Below, piece by piece: positions 26,051 through 38,294 of a stretch of 64,000 nucleotides of DNA (the first letter of the stretch is position 1; each line of letters opens with the position of its first letter). Where the stretch lies: positions 89,400 to 153,399 of the forward strand of contig MU619290.1 of NCBI GenBank assembly GCA_025201805.1. Reading direction: 5' to 3'. This stretch comes from Parasitella parasitica NRRL 2501. Lineage: Eukaryota; Fungi; Mucoromycota. A program made the translations under genes and the position numbers. The notes below the pieces were generated by a model. The model was given only the letters and a program-made list of their open reading frames with translations. It searched no databases and was not told the DNA's origin.

Positions 26051-26963
26051 ATGATTCATTCGACAATAGCGACGAATAAAAGCAAGGAATATGAAAAGCT
26101 CATGCTTGATCTTGAAGTCTATTCGAACAAGATGAAAACCACCTTGAAATTTGTGGAAACCACCATTCAAAGTGAAGAGTCTCTGCTGCATGCCATGAAT
26201 AAAACTTACCAAAGCAGGCTGGAGGAACTCAACGGTATGCCAAACACAACAATAAGACTAAAAACGGACACGTTGCTTATAAAGTCTAAACAGAAAGGAA
26301 AGAGAGTCTGCAGGACACCATAGCTCAGCAGAAGCGAAACATTGCCCAAGTGGAGCAGAGTAAGTTGAGTTCAGTTCATTGACATGTGCATCCACAGCCA
26401 CTGACAGCAACCAGAATTACCGCACACAAAAGACATTGCCTTGGCAAGCCGGGTGATCAAGGAGCAAGAAGAAACAAACAGACTAATGAAAACTAGACAG
26501 GCCTTGATAGCCAAACGCAACGAATTGAATCAGAGAATCGTGGAAAAAAAGCAACAAGAGGCCAACAAGACTTTGATTGAGAAGCGAAACGGACTACTGA
26601 ATGAGCTAGAATTGAACGCATATAGACATGCTCTGCAGCTGGAAATTATCAACAGATATGGTAAAAAAAAAAAAAAAAACTGTGGCTGTTTGGGGGAGGG
26701 CAACTACCATGTTGGGACTGACACGTTAGCGCATAGATGCAATCAAGTTTGAGTTCAAATGTATAGACAAGAAAGTACCTGAAAAGATATACTCCCTCTC
26801 CCTCACCATCAACGAATCGAACTCGTATACAGTGACTGAATGTCATCCCGATTCAGCATTGCCAGAAATTTCAAAACTGTTGGTTGCCTTGAACCAAGAT
26901 CGTGAGCTGTTTGTGTTCATAAAGGGTGTTAGAAGGGTGTTTCAAGAATTTGCGAGGTCCTAA
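26051..26963 (+). CDS. SPC25: Kinetochore Ndc80-complex subunit Spc25
   Basis: Coiled-coil exons, then YRHALQLEI and a last exon (about 26737-26963, not in the ORF track) AIKFEFKCIDKKVPEKIYSLSL...YTVTECHP...LNQDRELFVFIKGVRRVF, the Spc25 RWD signature. Confidence 0.8.
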
Positions 26964-27174
26964 AATCTGCTTATGATGTCTAATTTTCGCACTGTTATAA
27001 TACCACACACTCGAACAAACAGTTGAATATATAAATAAATAAATAAATAAATAAATGAAAAAGGATACGTGGCCATGCTCAAAGATCAGCACTCAAACAT
27101 GTTGTTATAATATCGTACAATCTGACGCTTGGAAAATCCAAAGGGCTAACGTCGAGAAGGCAGGCCCATGTTAT

Positions 27175-29722
27175 TTATTTATAAAGTCTATACATGGCGG
27201 GGAGATCCTTCTTGTTTGATGTCAAACGCCTGAAACTATGCAAATCGATAAACGGTTTTTGATCAATTGACAAATCAATCAAGGTGGGGTTGCTCTTTTG
27301 CTCTTTACTCTCAACCGCAATGGCTGAATTTGGCAGAGACGGAGTGGTATGGCTCGACAGGTTTGTAAATGAGCGGTTTTTCAGTCGTAGAGAGGAGAAT
27401 CTTCGTCTGTCCAAGGTAGACTTCTCGCTTGCTGACTTTTTCATAGTGGCCATCATTTGCTGCGTATGATCTGCCTCGCTGAGGAGGTGTTTCAGAGACC
27501 TTATCCACGCATAATGCGCCGCAAAATCTAGACACTGGACCTGTATGCCTCTTGAGGGCGATTTGATATATATGCCTGGCGGCTTTGATTGCTCGTGTGG
27601 TGCCAATACCATAAACGACTGGACCAAAACTACACAAATCAAATTTACACAGTTTGTATTAGATTTTTTTTTTTTGGCCGGTCTATGCTGCCCTATGTAA
27701 AATTTCGTATACCACTCTTTGTAGTGCATTCACTGCTGTAGATTCCAGGTTCCCGGCTACTCCAGTACAGTGTTTGGGTATACGGATGGATCCAGAAGAA
27801 TCGGCAATGTCTGTTTTCCGAAATACCACTACCCACTACCTTTCTGGTGTACTTCCACATCCAGTCGCCTATCATGGTACGGGTTACTGCATTTGCTGCT
27901 GATTCGCCGTCGTCGTCGTCGCCCTCTCCGTCCTGTCTACTGAAAGCAGCGTCTATATTGAAATCGTCGTCATCGAAATTCAGCTTGAAAGATGGCGATT
28001 TCTGCTTCTGCTTATCCGCAGTTCTCTTGTCCCGTGCGGATCTGTAAATGTAACTCCTGGGCTCTCTGATCAGAGATCCGTAGAGTTCATTGTTGGAAGC
28101 AATCTTTTGCAATTGCACTTGTTCATGGTTGCTGCTGTCGCTTGTAGTCGATGTCGATGTAAACGATGAAAACAGGTCGTGATTGGAGATTGATGGCAGC
28201 TCGACACATGTTAAAGCAACTGTCCTTTCCGGCGCTGCTTGGTACAAATGAAGGGATGCGGTGCTTAGGGCTTGCTGGCAACGTCTACCACTTTCATTAT
28301 GCACACTGGTTCCAGGCGATGATGGCATCAGGTTTCCCGTTGATCCAGCCAGAGACAGTTCGTCGCCGAGGGATTTGTCTCTTTGAGGATGATAGGGAGA
28401 TGAGGTTGCAATCGCCAAGCGCTTTCTGCTTTGACTAGGTTCTCTTGGCGATCGTAGAGATCTACGCAGCCTCCTGCTTGAACCAGAAGCGGGGGAGCTT
28501 GGTGATAGCAGAGTATTGGCAATGGGGGAGTACTGTCGAAGCTGTGGTGTTGATGGTGAATAATGATGACTGTTCATTTGCTCAATGGTTTCTTGGGCTT
28601 CCCTGAGTAGCTTGTCAATCTCAATGCGCTCTTCTCTTTCTCCCTCTATTTTTGCTTGCATCGTTTGGATAATGTCGTGCGCTTGATCCAAGGAAGTCTT
28701 TAGAGCCCTTACCTCTGCCTCGTGTCGCGCTGCTAGTGATTTTGAATGCGGAATCGTGCTCTGATGTGGCGCATTCACTGCAGGCGCTAATGCGGTTATT
28801 GCTGGGTCGTTTTCGTTATTTGGCGTCGAGCAGTTGACATGTCGCAGTGCGTTTTGCTGCTGTATAACATCTTGTTGTATAGCCAAGACTTGTTGCAGTT
28901 GCCTTGATATCTGGTCTTTCTCTAGACGCAACGTAAGCAGCGTCTTTTTCAGTGCTATTGTTTCCTGCTCATGCTGCTCCTGCGCCAATGCAAGGTCTGT
29001 TTCCCAAGTGTGTTGTATCATCTTGTAATGCTCAACCTCCTGGCAAAGTTTGGCCTCCTCGCTTGCCAGCCGGTTCTGCTCTGTTGTGGATCTGGAGAGA
29101 TTCTGTGACAGATCGTGTACCTTTTGCAGCAGCTCTTGCTTGTTGAGCTCAAGATTCCATATCTCGTCCTTGTATCTCTCTGTCAAAAAAAAAAAAAAAA
29201 AAAATCCGATCAGCAAGTGTAGCATGTGTGTGGAAATGGAAGTTTGCACTTGTGTACCTTCTGTTTGAGCCTTTCCTTTCAACAGCTTATCAAGCTTAAC
29301 AATCTCCTGCTGCTTGTCTGCCTTTTCGATCTCAAGTGCTGTGAGGGCATGCTGATACTCTTCCAGGAAGCCCTGCATCTTCAAAACCTCATTCAATAGC
29401 CCGTGTCCAACTACAACGCCAAGCTCATCTTGTGTTTGCGTATCCGTATTGACGGTGGATCGTTCCGCCTTGCTATTGCTGGATAAGACACCCACGGAAG
29501 AGAAATCTGCCGAAGAATAGCTTGTATATGAGCCAGGTGAGTCGTCAGAGTAATCGTTGCTAGGCGATATGGAATCGCGTCTGCTGTTGGCAATATTGGG
29601 AGAAACTGAATTCTGCTGAGGATTTCATGAGTCGCTCTCTCTCTCTCTAGGAATACATGTTCCATGTTTGCACTTACTATGGCCAAGTCAGCTGGACGTG
29701 GTTGTTGTTGCTGTCGTTGTAC
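27175..29722 (-). CDS. Num1/ApsA/Mcp5-like coiled-coil plus PH-domain cortical anchor; start codon unresolved
   Basis: Long coiled coil; AVTRTMIGDWMWKYTRK...RHCRFFWIHPYTQTLYWS is the Mcp5/Num1 PH signature. Confidence 0.8.
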
Positions 29723-29950
29723 CTGAAAGTTTTTGTTATTATTTTAGCATTAAAAGCAACGAGTTTTACATGTCTCAGCCGATTACCTTTTCAATCGAAA
29801 GGTTGGGGGACGATTTTGTCATGATGATTTTCCTCCTCTCGCAAACGACGAAAAGAAAATAGAAAGAGGGCAAATGGAGATATCTTTTATGTACTTGTAC
29901 ATCTCGGAAAAATAAACGCTACCAACTTTTTATTATAATAAAAATACAGG

Positions 29951-32900
29951 TTAACCTCTGATGAAAATCGCGCCTGTCTTGTCGACCTTTGAGCTTTTGT
30001 CAATATGATCCAACCCAATCATATCGCCTACATTGTATGGGTGAGTAGAGAACAAATGCTCATCTTGATCACTGATCTGCGTAGTGTTTTCTTCGTCATC
30101 AGATACAATGTTAATTTTGACTTTACTCCATTCATTGTCGTCTAAACCAGTGCGGGCCTGAAGCCTCTTTTTTGTGTCAGCCAAGGGCTCATGCTACGTG
30201 GATAGTTTTTTTTTTTTTTAGTAACCCACTCATGCCCGTGACGTATCTATGCAACATACCTCTTTGAGTAGAAATTTGAATGGCACTGAATGTGTGCGAC
30301 TTGGTATGCGTTGGAAATGAAAGACGTTGATGAGTGTGTCTGCTGCATCTACGTTGCTCTCGAGTTCGTCATCTGGAATATTCTCTGCATAGACTTTTAT
30401 GGCGGGTCGTGTGGCAACGTCCATTCTCCATGACCTGTCATTGTATTCTTTGTCAAACTTGCCGTCCATTTCATCGTAAATGCGAATACGATCCAAGTCT
30501 TGTGCAAGTTTGTCATCTTTTGCTACTAGGGCTGCCTTCAAATCGTGGATGCCACTGTCTTTGGGCATTAAAATCTCCACAATATGTGCATCTCTCAAGG
30601 TAGGGGCACAGACAGTTACCGTCACTGGGCACTTGGACTCCATCTCTTCCAAACTAACATCTAGTTTCTCGTACAAAAGAGTTGCTTTGTTGGCAGGCAC
30701 CGGGTTGCCTCCGGCAAAAGTATGCTGGAAGATTTTACCAAGTTTCAATCCAGAAAACCGTTTGTGCGGCAGTTTGCTCATGTTGCTAGGGTTGATTAGG
30801 CGAAGCTTGTCGCCATCTACACCTATCTCTTTGGCGACAATGGCGGTGATTTCTTCGTATAGCATTTCCTTGTGCAAGGACAATCGCAAGTCAGGCTGCT
30901 CCCCATCAGGATAAAGCGGTGAAAAGAGTACGGTAACTCTACCGTTCTTGTACTCCATGAACGAGGCCACTGTAGCTTTGCCCCCGTTTTGCTCAATGAT
31001 AGCTTCTTCTTGAGGCGACAGTTTTCTTTGGACGCAGAGAATATCACCGTCTTGTAGTTCAGCTTGGTTGAACGATAATTCGGTATCAACTAAATCAATC
31101 ATAGTAGACTTGATTTCTTCGTAAATACAAATGTCGTCGCTCTCCTCAAAGCCAGCCAATTGCTTCAGCGTGCCAACAATTGATTTCACCTTGGCGTCCT
31201 TTTGTGCATACAAATGGGTTAAACCTCTATCATTTGTAAAAAAAAAAAAAGTCAATCGTTGCTAGGTAAACTGTTAAAGTAGGACACTTACTGGATTTTT
31301 TGAAGTTCTGGGCTAAACAACTTTATGAAAATCAGTATGGCAGGAGACTGCTGTGGTTGAGGTGGGAATAACGCAACATTATTCTCATCAAACTTGGTTG
31401 CTCTTTCCAAATACAATCTTAGATTCACCTGATTTGTCGCATATCTCAGACGAATTTCATCAACAGTTGAATTGTGATCTTCAGGAGAGATTGGGACATC
31501 GATGCGAACAGTGCGGTTTTGTCGGTTCACCATGAGCCACAGTCTAAAGTCAGAAGGAGCTAAACCGAGACCAGCGGCAATGTCTTCCTTGAAATCGCTG
31601 AACAATTGATTCTTCAGAATTCTTGATACAATAATATGGTTGTCAGCAGCATCCTTTTCGTCGAAATTAGCAAAGTCGAATTCAGTATTGGCTCTAAAAG
31701 TGTCGTCATCAGCAATGAATGCCTTCATGTAGAGGTGTTGTTCTTCTTTATCTTTGCGTCTTTGCTCGCGGATACGAGCTTCTTCCTCGAGACGCTCGCC
31801 CAAATGTCTTGGAATGTCGTGCTCAGTGACAGGTGCTAGAACCTGATCCAGCATACACTCTCGAATATAAACCAACATGTACGCATTTGTGAAGCGGTTC
31901 ATGGGGCGTCCGTTGGGGCGCATGTTGACTCCTGGGATGCCTAGTTGCTCGCCGCCGTAGTTTTCTTCTAAAACCTCCTTGAGTGAAGATGGGATTACTC
32001 GGTCATCGTCAAATTTGAACCAATTTCCATCTTTCTCGGGCTTTACAAACGCAAAATAATGGCCACCGCTCAGATCACCGCTATGAACAAGGACGCCATG
32101 AAGGACATACTTGTGGCCCCGTGATTTATCTGCATTTTCACTGAGATAGGGCTCAAGGTCAATCTCTGTGGGGAATTCGTGTCGGTCGTTGATCTTTTTT
32201 GAGACTGTGTGTTAGTACAAGAAAACGAAGAGAGCTGCGTCTAAAACGGCTTGTTACCTTGACCATCATATCTCGCATCATGTCATACTCAAATCTCTTT
32301 AATTGCAAATGTAAAACTGGAGGGAATGATTCAAATATAACGCCCTTTTTGGCATCTTGTAGGCCATGTCCTTCAGCCATATATTTGTTATCACCTTCCA
32401 ACGTTTCTTCGATAATGTAATCCATAAAAGATTCTTCAAGATTTTTGCAGCCCTTGACATTTAATTGAATATCTAACCCAAGAGAAAAGACAATTTGGTA
32501 TATGAGAGCAGCTCATTTTCTCTATTTTTTTTTTTTTTCTTTTTTTTTTACCATAATAATCTTCAGCTCGAGACGATTCATATTTGACATTGATACATTT
32601 GATATAACTCTTCATTCTACCAACAAACAAGTTCTTGATAGCACCATCTGCAGGTGTATTTTTCATCTTAATCTCGAGATTATCCTGCAAAACTCGGTTG
32701 AATTCTTGCACATCATGCTGTCGGAAGGCTTCCAACGAATCCCAGCCAAACGACTTTGTCAATTCCGTTGTACCCGCTGCCTGGTTGGAGAATTGCAGAT
32801 TGTAGAAAACTCTCTGGAGCGCCAATGCAATGCTTTTGGTCGGCTCATCATGCTCTGTCGGTATCTGATACACAGCTTTTTTAAAGGAATTGGTAAAGAA

Positions 32901-33880
32901 AAGCGATTGAAACAACGAGTTCATATAGCAAGTAGCGCCTTGGTTCTGCAATCCAACATAGCCAGTGATTTTCTTGGAATCGTAGTTGATGAAATTGTGC
33001 CAAAGAATGCCGGTAGTGTCCTTAATCACGCGAATGATGCAAGTGACTCGGAGGGCATCGTCTTCCAAGATACCAGTAGCTTCATTGAACAAATCATTGA
33101 TGGATATAAAGCGGGTGAATCCCCAGTCTGACTCCTCGGCAGTGAATCTGTGCTGAGCACTGTGCGAAATATATCTTGTAGGGTCTGACATCTTGGAAAC
33201 GCAGACGACAAACTGAGCGCAGGCATATTCATCAATGTTGGTTTTTGCATTGGTAAGGTCCAAATAGAGCGACGCAAATTCTGATTGATTGTTTCCTTTG
33301 GGGAACAAGAGGATGTTCCAATCATGGCCACCAACCTTCATGATAGGCCCAGTGGTACGTGCCTGCAATTTACTCCAGTCTCTGATTTCCCAGTGCTCAC
33401 ATTTAGTTTCGACTACTGTATAGTCATTGTGATGAAGTTCCTTGCTGGCAATCATTTCAACTATGAAGACCAATATACGCGAGAAAAAAAAATTCCCCCC
33501 GAGAGTTAGTTACAAAAACAATCGAATCCGCTGTTGATCATTTTGACATGATAAGCACTTACAATCATCGACAACAGAATAAACTGGCTCAGGCTCTGCT
33601 TCAGCCATAGTCCTGTCTGGATCAACAGCAGGCAGCGCTTCAATAGGAGGTGACTGATCAAAAATAGCTTGTTGCAGCGGTTGTCGCTGTTGCGGCTGTG
33701 GTTGCTGCTGCTGATGCTGCTGCTGCTGCTGCTGCTGCTGTGGTTGCTGATTAGTGTACTCTTCCTCTTGAAATGCTGGAGGTGTGGGTGAAGATGCAAG
33801 TCCTGATGGCGGCTGTTGCTCTTGGCTCTACATGACAATGAGTATCCCCATTTTCGGGTACATCATCGTAAACTTACCAT
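29951..33880 (-). CDS. UBP15: Ubiquitin C-terminal hydrolase USP7/Ubp15 (MATH, UCH and UBL domains)
   Basis: MATH HRFTAEESDWGFTRF; Cys box GYVGLQNQGATCYMNSL; QHDVQEFNRVL; His box HGVLVHSGDLSGGHY; NAYMLVY; first coding exon is ATG only; poly-Q near the N-terminus. Confidence 0.95.
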
Positions 33881-34536
33881 TGTGATAGAAATAGTTGAAA
33901 AAGGGGTTCAATGAATAAAACTGCGAGTTCTCTAATGTTTATGGGGAAATACGCAAACACCCATTGCGTCCAAGACGTCACGATTTTTTTTCTTATAATT
34001 GGCTTCTCAATGGTGGAAGAACATGCCATTGAGTGAAATTATCACATGCCGGCATTGTGAATACCCTTTGGATTTGAGAAGAATAAGCCGCATACGCTAT
34101 TGTAGCAAGAGTCCTCTGTAGACTCTGTTGTCATGTCCTTTGTTTTAGTGGGTGTAAAGCAACTATCTTTGTTTCAAATGTAGTGCATGCAAACATTCGA
34201 AAAAACGACAAAAAACTGCATGCAATTGCCAGCAAAAACTGTGCAATGAAGCGATGCACTCGCTAAAAAAGTCAACAGCTATCCAAGCAGTGGTTGTGGT
34301 TCGAGGCAAACCCAGTTTCTGAGAGAGTATTGCCATTATCAGTTTTGTAGTAATAGTATACCGTAGAAGCCCTACTTTTTTGATCTCGGTCTTGGGCGCA
34401 TTGCAAGTTGTCAAATGTCTTTTTTCTTCTGTCCTTTTATTAGCCTGGGAGAAGCATTCTGCAATTGAGCAAGTCGGCGTTGATCACGGTTACATGTTAA
34501 GAATCGTTTCATCGGACAGAAATGATGCGCACCAAT

Positions 34537-34583
34537 TTTGATTATTTGATTATTTGATTATTTGATTATTTGATTATTTGATT
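34537..34583. repeat. Tandem repeat (TTTGATTA), about 6 copies
   Basis: Read directly. Confidence 0.9.
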
Positions 34584-34856
34584 GCTGCCGTCTCGAAATG
34601 TCAAATATTCATATTTCTACTGGTTTACAACAAGTTGCTTACATCAAGCTTACCCCGATAACTAAACGATGATAACTGCATGTGTTGACTCGCACGCAAA
34701 AGTCTTTTGATGTTCTAGTCAGGCAAGCTTATTCACAAGAAAAAAAGGCTTTGATTCTCCACAATTACCACTGCGCATAGTTCCAAGAGCATTATTATCA
34801 ACATTGGCATTTTGTTTGTATGTTTAAGTTTATTTGTATTGTGCGAGAAATAGTCG

Positions 34857-35646
34857 CTACTGAGTCAGCACATTATCATACTTAACACCTCCAAAAGAAC
34901 CGCCATCGAGTGACTTTGTGACATTATCGCCAAAGACATGTCTGTTATGTCTTAAAACCTCTGCAGCAGCTAAAGACGGTGTTGGTAAACAACTCGCATG
35001 CGTGCAAATATGAAAAGCTGCTTACCTTTGTTCAAGGGATCGTCGGCATTCGGCTCGAGGAACAAGTATTGTAATCCAACAAGAACCGCTTGCAACGACA
35101 ATACAGGCTTCCAATCTTCACGCAAAATATTCAGGCAAATATTACCCTCCAAATCGATATTAGGATGATAGATCTGCCCATGCCAACCTTGTTAATGATG
35201 CATAGTGCGTTTCCAGACCTGCAGCTACCTACCTTTTGAGAGCAACGTACCTTTGGTGGTTCGTGTGGGTAGTTGTTATTGATAGCAAATGTAAACTTGA
35301 AAAATCCGTTCTCATAAAAGCCTATGTAGGTTTCCCCACATGCAGCATTAGAAACTAATGTCAATATCAGATTTTAGCAGGCCAATACACTACCTTCATC
35401 CGGATGAATAGTGACATTAAAATTCAAAATGTCAGAGGGGTCAGGGAACTCTAATTTGATGGTATCTGGAATATCCAACTCGGCCAAATCTAGAGAATGA
35501 TACAGGGAAAATGAGATGCTAGAGAACTTTGACTTTCTGGGAGCCAACACTCAACCTTTTTGCACTCGGATCTGAGCAGCGCTTGTTTTAGGCTTTTCCT
35601 TTTCTGCCTTTGCTTCTCTGGACTTCCTTCCCCAAATAGAGTGCAT
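34857..35646 (-). CDS. UBC12: NEDD8-conjugating enzyme Ubc12
   Basis: [63 protein letters not shown]. Confidence 0.95.
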
Positions 35647-36077
35647 TATAAGCAAACTTGTTTCAAAACAAAAGAAAGAAACTGAATGTGTACTAGATGT
35701 TGGCTTTTCCACTACGCATGCTTGCTCTCATTTAAATGGCAGTCCCAGCTCCTTCAAGAGTGAGCAACTTGTAAGGTCTTTCGTACATGATAACATGGGC
35801 AAAAACTCCCCCCCCCCAAATCAAAAGGCCATTTATCGACTTGATAGATCAATACGTTCGTGGTTGGGCTACTTTTTCAAGAATTTTCACTGATATTTCT
35901 AGGTCGACTGGAGATGGCATACTTGTGATGCCTTTGACTCCCGATCAAATATCATTCAATGAGATTGCCGCACGCGAATATATATAACACACAAGATGAT
36001 ATTGCCGTTTTTGTCCCCTTTTCTTCCACACAAGCACTATACACAAAAAAAAAATAAAAAAAATAAAACCAAGAACC

Positions 36078-36968
36078 ATGCGATCTGCATTTAATATATT
36101 GCTCATACTCTCGAGTATTTTGGCCTTGGTGGGCGCCATCAAGTTCGACTTGCCTGCTGTAACCCACGATCGTATTTCACAAGGCGTCAAATGTCTTAAC
36201 CAATACGTTGCAAAAGATACCTTGGTTTTAGCAACCGTCAATGTTGGAGAAGGTTACAATCAACGCGTTGAACTCGAAGTAGGTAGAATGGGTATTTTTT
36301 TTTTTTTCTTTTCGGATAGCTTGTGGTGTATTGAACATGTTGCCCTTATAGATCCTCGAGGATGGGGAGACTCGTAATGTGTATACAAAAAAGACCAATG
36401 TGAATGGTGAGCTTCGCAACGCTTTCAACACCAACAACGATGGCGAGATCATGGTCTGCTTTACTAATGTTCTTGACGAAGGTATGCATACTATTGTTTT
36501 TTTTTGTTTTTTTTGTTTTTTTTTTTTGGTATTTTGAGAATGCTCTATTGAGACACACAAAACCGCAGGCTTCCAAGAAGGACCTCAGTATAAGCGTACA
36601 ATCGAACTGCAGTTCAGCGTTGGTGCTGAGGCAGCTGATTTCAAAAAGATCGCCAATGCTGAAAAACTTGACCCTCTTGAACTTGAGCTTCGTAAATTGG
36701 AGACCGTTGTCAAGGAGATTGTTGACGAGATGAACTACTTGAAGCGTCGTGAGGCAAAGCTGAGAGACACTAATGGTAACGATGGCACACACTTGCACCC
36801 ACACACGCTCAATGACACACTATTGACATTCCTCAATCTTTACTAGAATCAACCAACGAACGTGTTAAATGGTTTAGCGTCGTTTCATTATTCACCCTGT
36901 TTGGCCTTGGTACATGGCAAATCTTGTATTTACGTCGTTTCTTCAAGAGAAAGAGATTGATCGATTAA
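36078..36968 (+). CDS. ERV25: p24 family cargo receptor Erv25/TMED10
   Basis: Signal peptide; GOLD domain; [12 protein letters not shown]...[26 protein letters not shown]; [17 protein letters not shown]. Confidence 0.93.
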
Positions 36969-36992
36969 AATAAAAATATGTACATCATCATT

Positions 36993-38294
36993 TTATTGCT
37001 TGTTTAACTCTTCCAAAATCACCAGCAAGGCTTTACCAGCGTGTTCAAAATCATCTAAATCAATATACACTTGTCCGCAGAATCTAGTGTACCATTTGCC
37101 ATTGTTCTTGTAGGTCGCTGCCATAGTATGATGTTCATAGATGAGCTTCTTCATGATAAAAGCGCCAACTTCACTGTCTGGCAGTGTGGTAGTGAAAGGG
37201 GGCAGCTCAACGTTGACCATACTAGCAGTTAGCGTATTTGTGCTGTTCTCAAGCACCTGTGTACCCAACATCTTGGCAACGAAAGCGCCCCCCTCAACAG
37301 CTATATTGTGAGTGTATTCGCGGATTGTCTCTTCGCCGCCAAGTGAAGCTCGGTACTTGAGAGCCTCTTCTACACACATATAATTAGACGTATCGATGGT
37401 AGGTGGAATAAACTCGGATTTAAAGGTTGAGGTGTCCAAGCCATCGGCATGATGTTTGTAGGCAAACGTAATCGTAGTAGGGTGAACATACCCTTGATTG
37501 CGCTTTGCGACATATAGTACACAGCTCCCACGAGGCACCATGAGCCACTTGTGGCAGTTGGAAAAGAAAAAATCAGGGTCGAACGCCTTGATATCGACGT
37601 CAATCTGGCCAACCGTATGAGCACCATCAATCATAGCCAAGATGTCGTGTTCTTGGACTAATTTAGTCACGGCTTGGAAAGGGAAAAGAACAGCAGGAAC
37701 TGCTGAAATGCCGTCAATGACAGCCAATTTGATCTTGGGCTCGTCTAATTTGGCATGTTCTGCCTCAATAGCTTGCTTTGTCAATTCGACAATTTCCTGG
37801 TCCTCCAAGGGATAATTCAATTCGACTGTAATCAATTGCACACCATATTGATCTCTAATGAATTCCAAAGCTTTGTTCACATTGACATAAGCAGTTTGAT
37901 ACTGGGGGGGAAAGAAAAAAAAAAAGAAAAGTAGGTTACGTAAAAGCGTAGTATGATGTATGTGTCTGCTTACATGGAGCACTTTGTCACCTGCTTTGAA
38001 TGGATAGCTTCGTAAAATGACACTAGCTGCCTCAGAAGAGTTGGAGACAAAGCTGATATCTTGAGCATCACAGTTTATAAGCTTCGATAAATGAACAAGA
38101 TTAGACTCGATGACAGGAATCATTTCAAAGCGATTCCAACGATCAGGGTGTGCCTCGGATTTGTCCTGGTATTCTCGAAGTTTTTGCTTGACAACATTGG
38201 GAATAGCGCCAAAAGAGCCATGCCCAAGAGGGATATAACCAGGCTCAAATGAGAAATCTTTGCGGAGAGCTTTACCGAATACAGGGTTTGACAT
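36993..38294 (-). CDS. PLP-dependent class V aminotransferase/C-S lyase, Egt2 (hercynylcysteine sulfoxide lyase)-like
   Basis: LGHGSFGAIP, IDGAHTVGQ, FFSNCHKWLMVPRG (PLP lysine), RFCGQVYIDLDDF; in-frame intron at about 37903-37974; start MSNPVFG. Confidence 0.85.
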   Translation of the reverse strand: MSNPVFGKALRKDFSFEPGYIPLGHGSFGAIPNVVKQKLREYQDKSEAHPDRWNRFEMIPVIESNLVHLSKLINCDAQDISFVSNSSEAASVILRSYPFKAGDKVLHVSRHIHHTTLLRNLLFFFFFFPPQYQTAYVNVNKALEFIRDQYGVQLITVELNYPLEDQEIVELTKQAIEAEHAKLDEPKIKLAVIDGISAVPAVLFPFQAVTKLVQEHDILAMIDGAHTVGQIDVDIKAFDPDFFFSNCHKWLMVPRGSCVLYVAKRNQGYVHPTTITFAYKHHADGLDTSTFKSEFIPPTIDTSNYMCVEEALKYRASLGGEETIREYTHNIAVEGGAFVAKMLGTQVLENSTNTLTASMVNVELPPFTTTLPDSEVGAFIMKKLIYEHHTMAATYKNNGKWYTRFCGQVYIDLDDFEHAGKALLVILEELNKQ

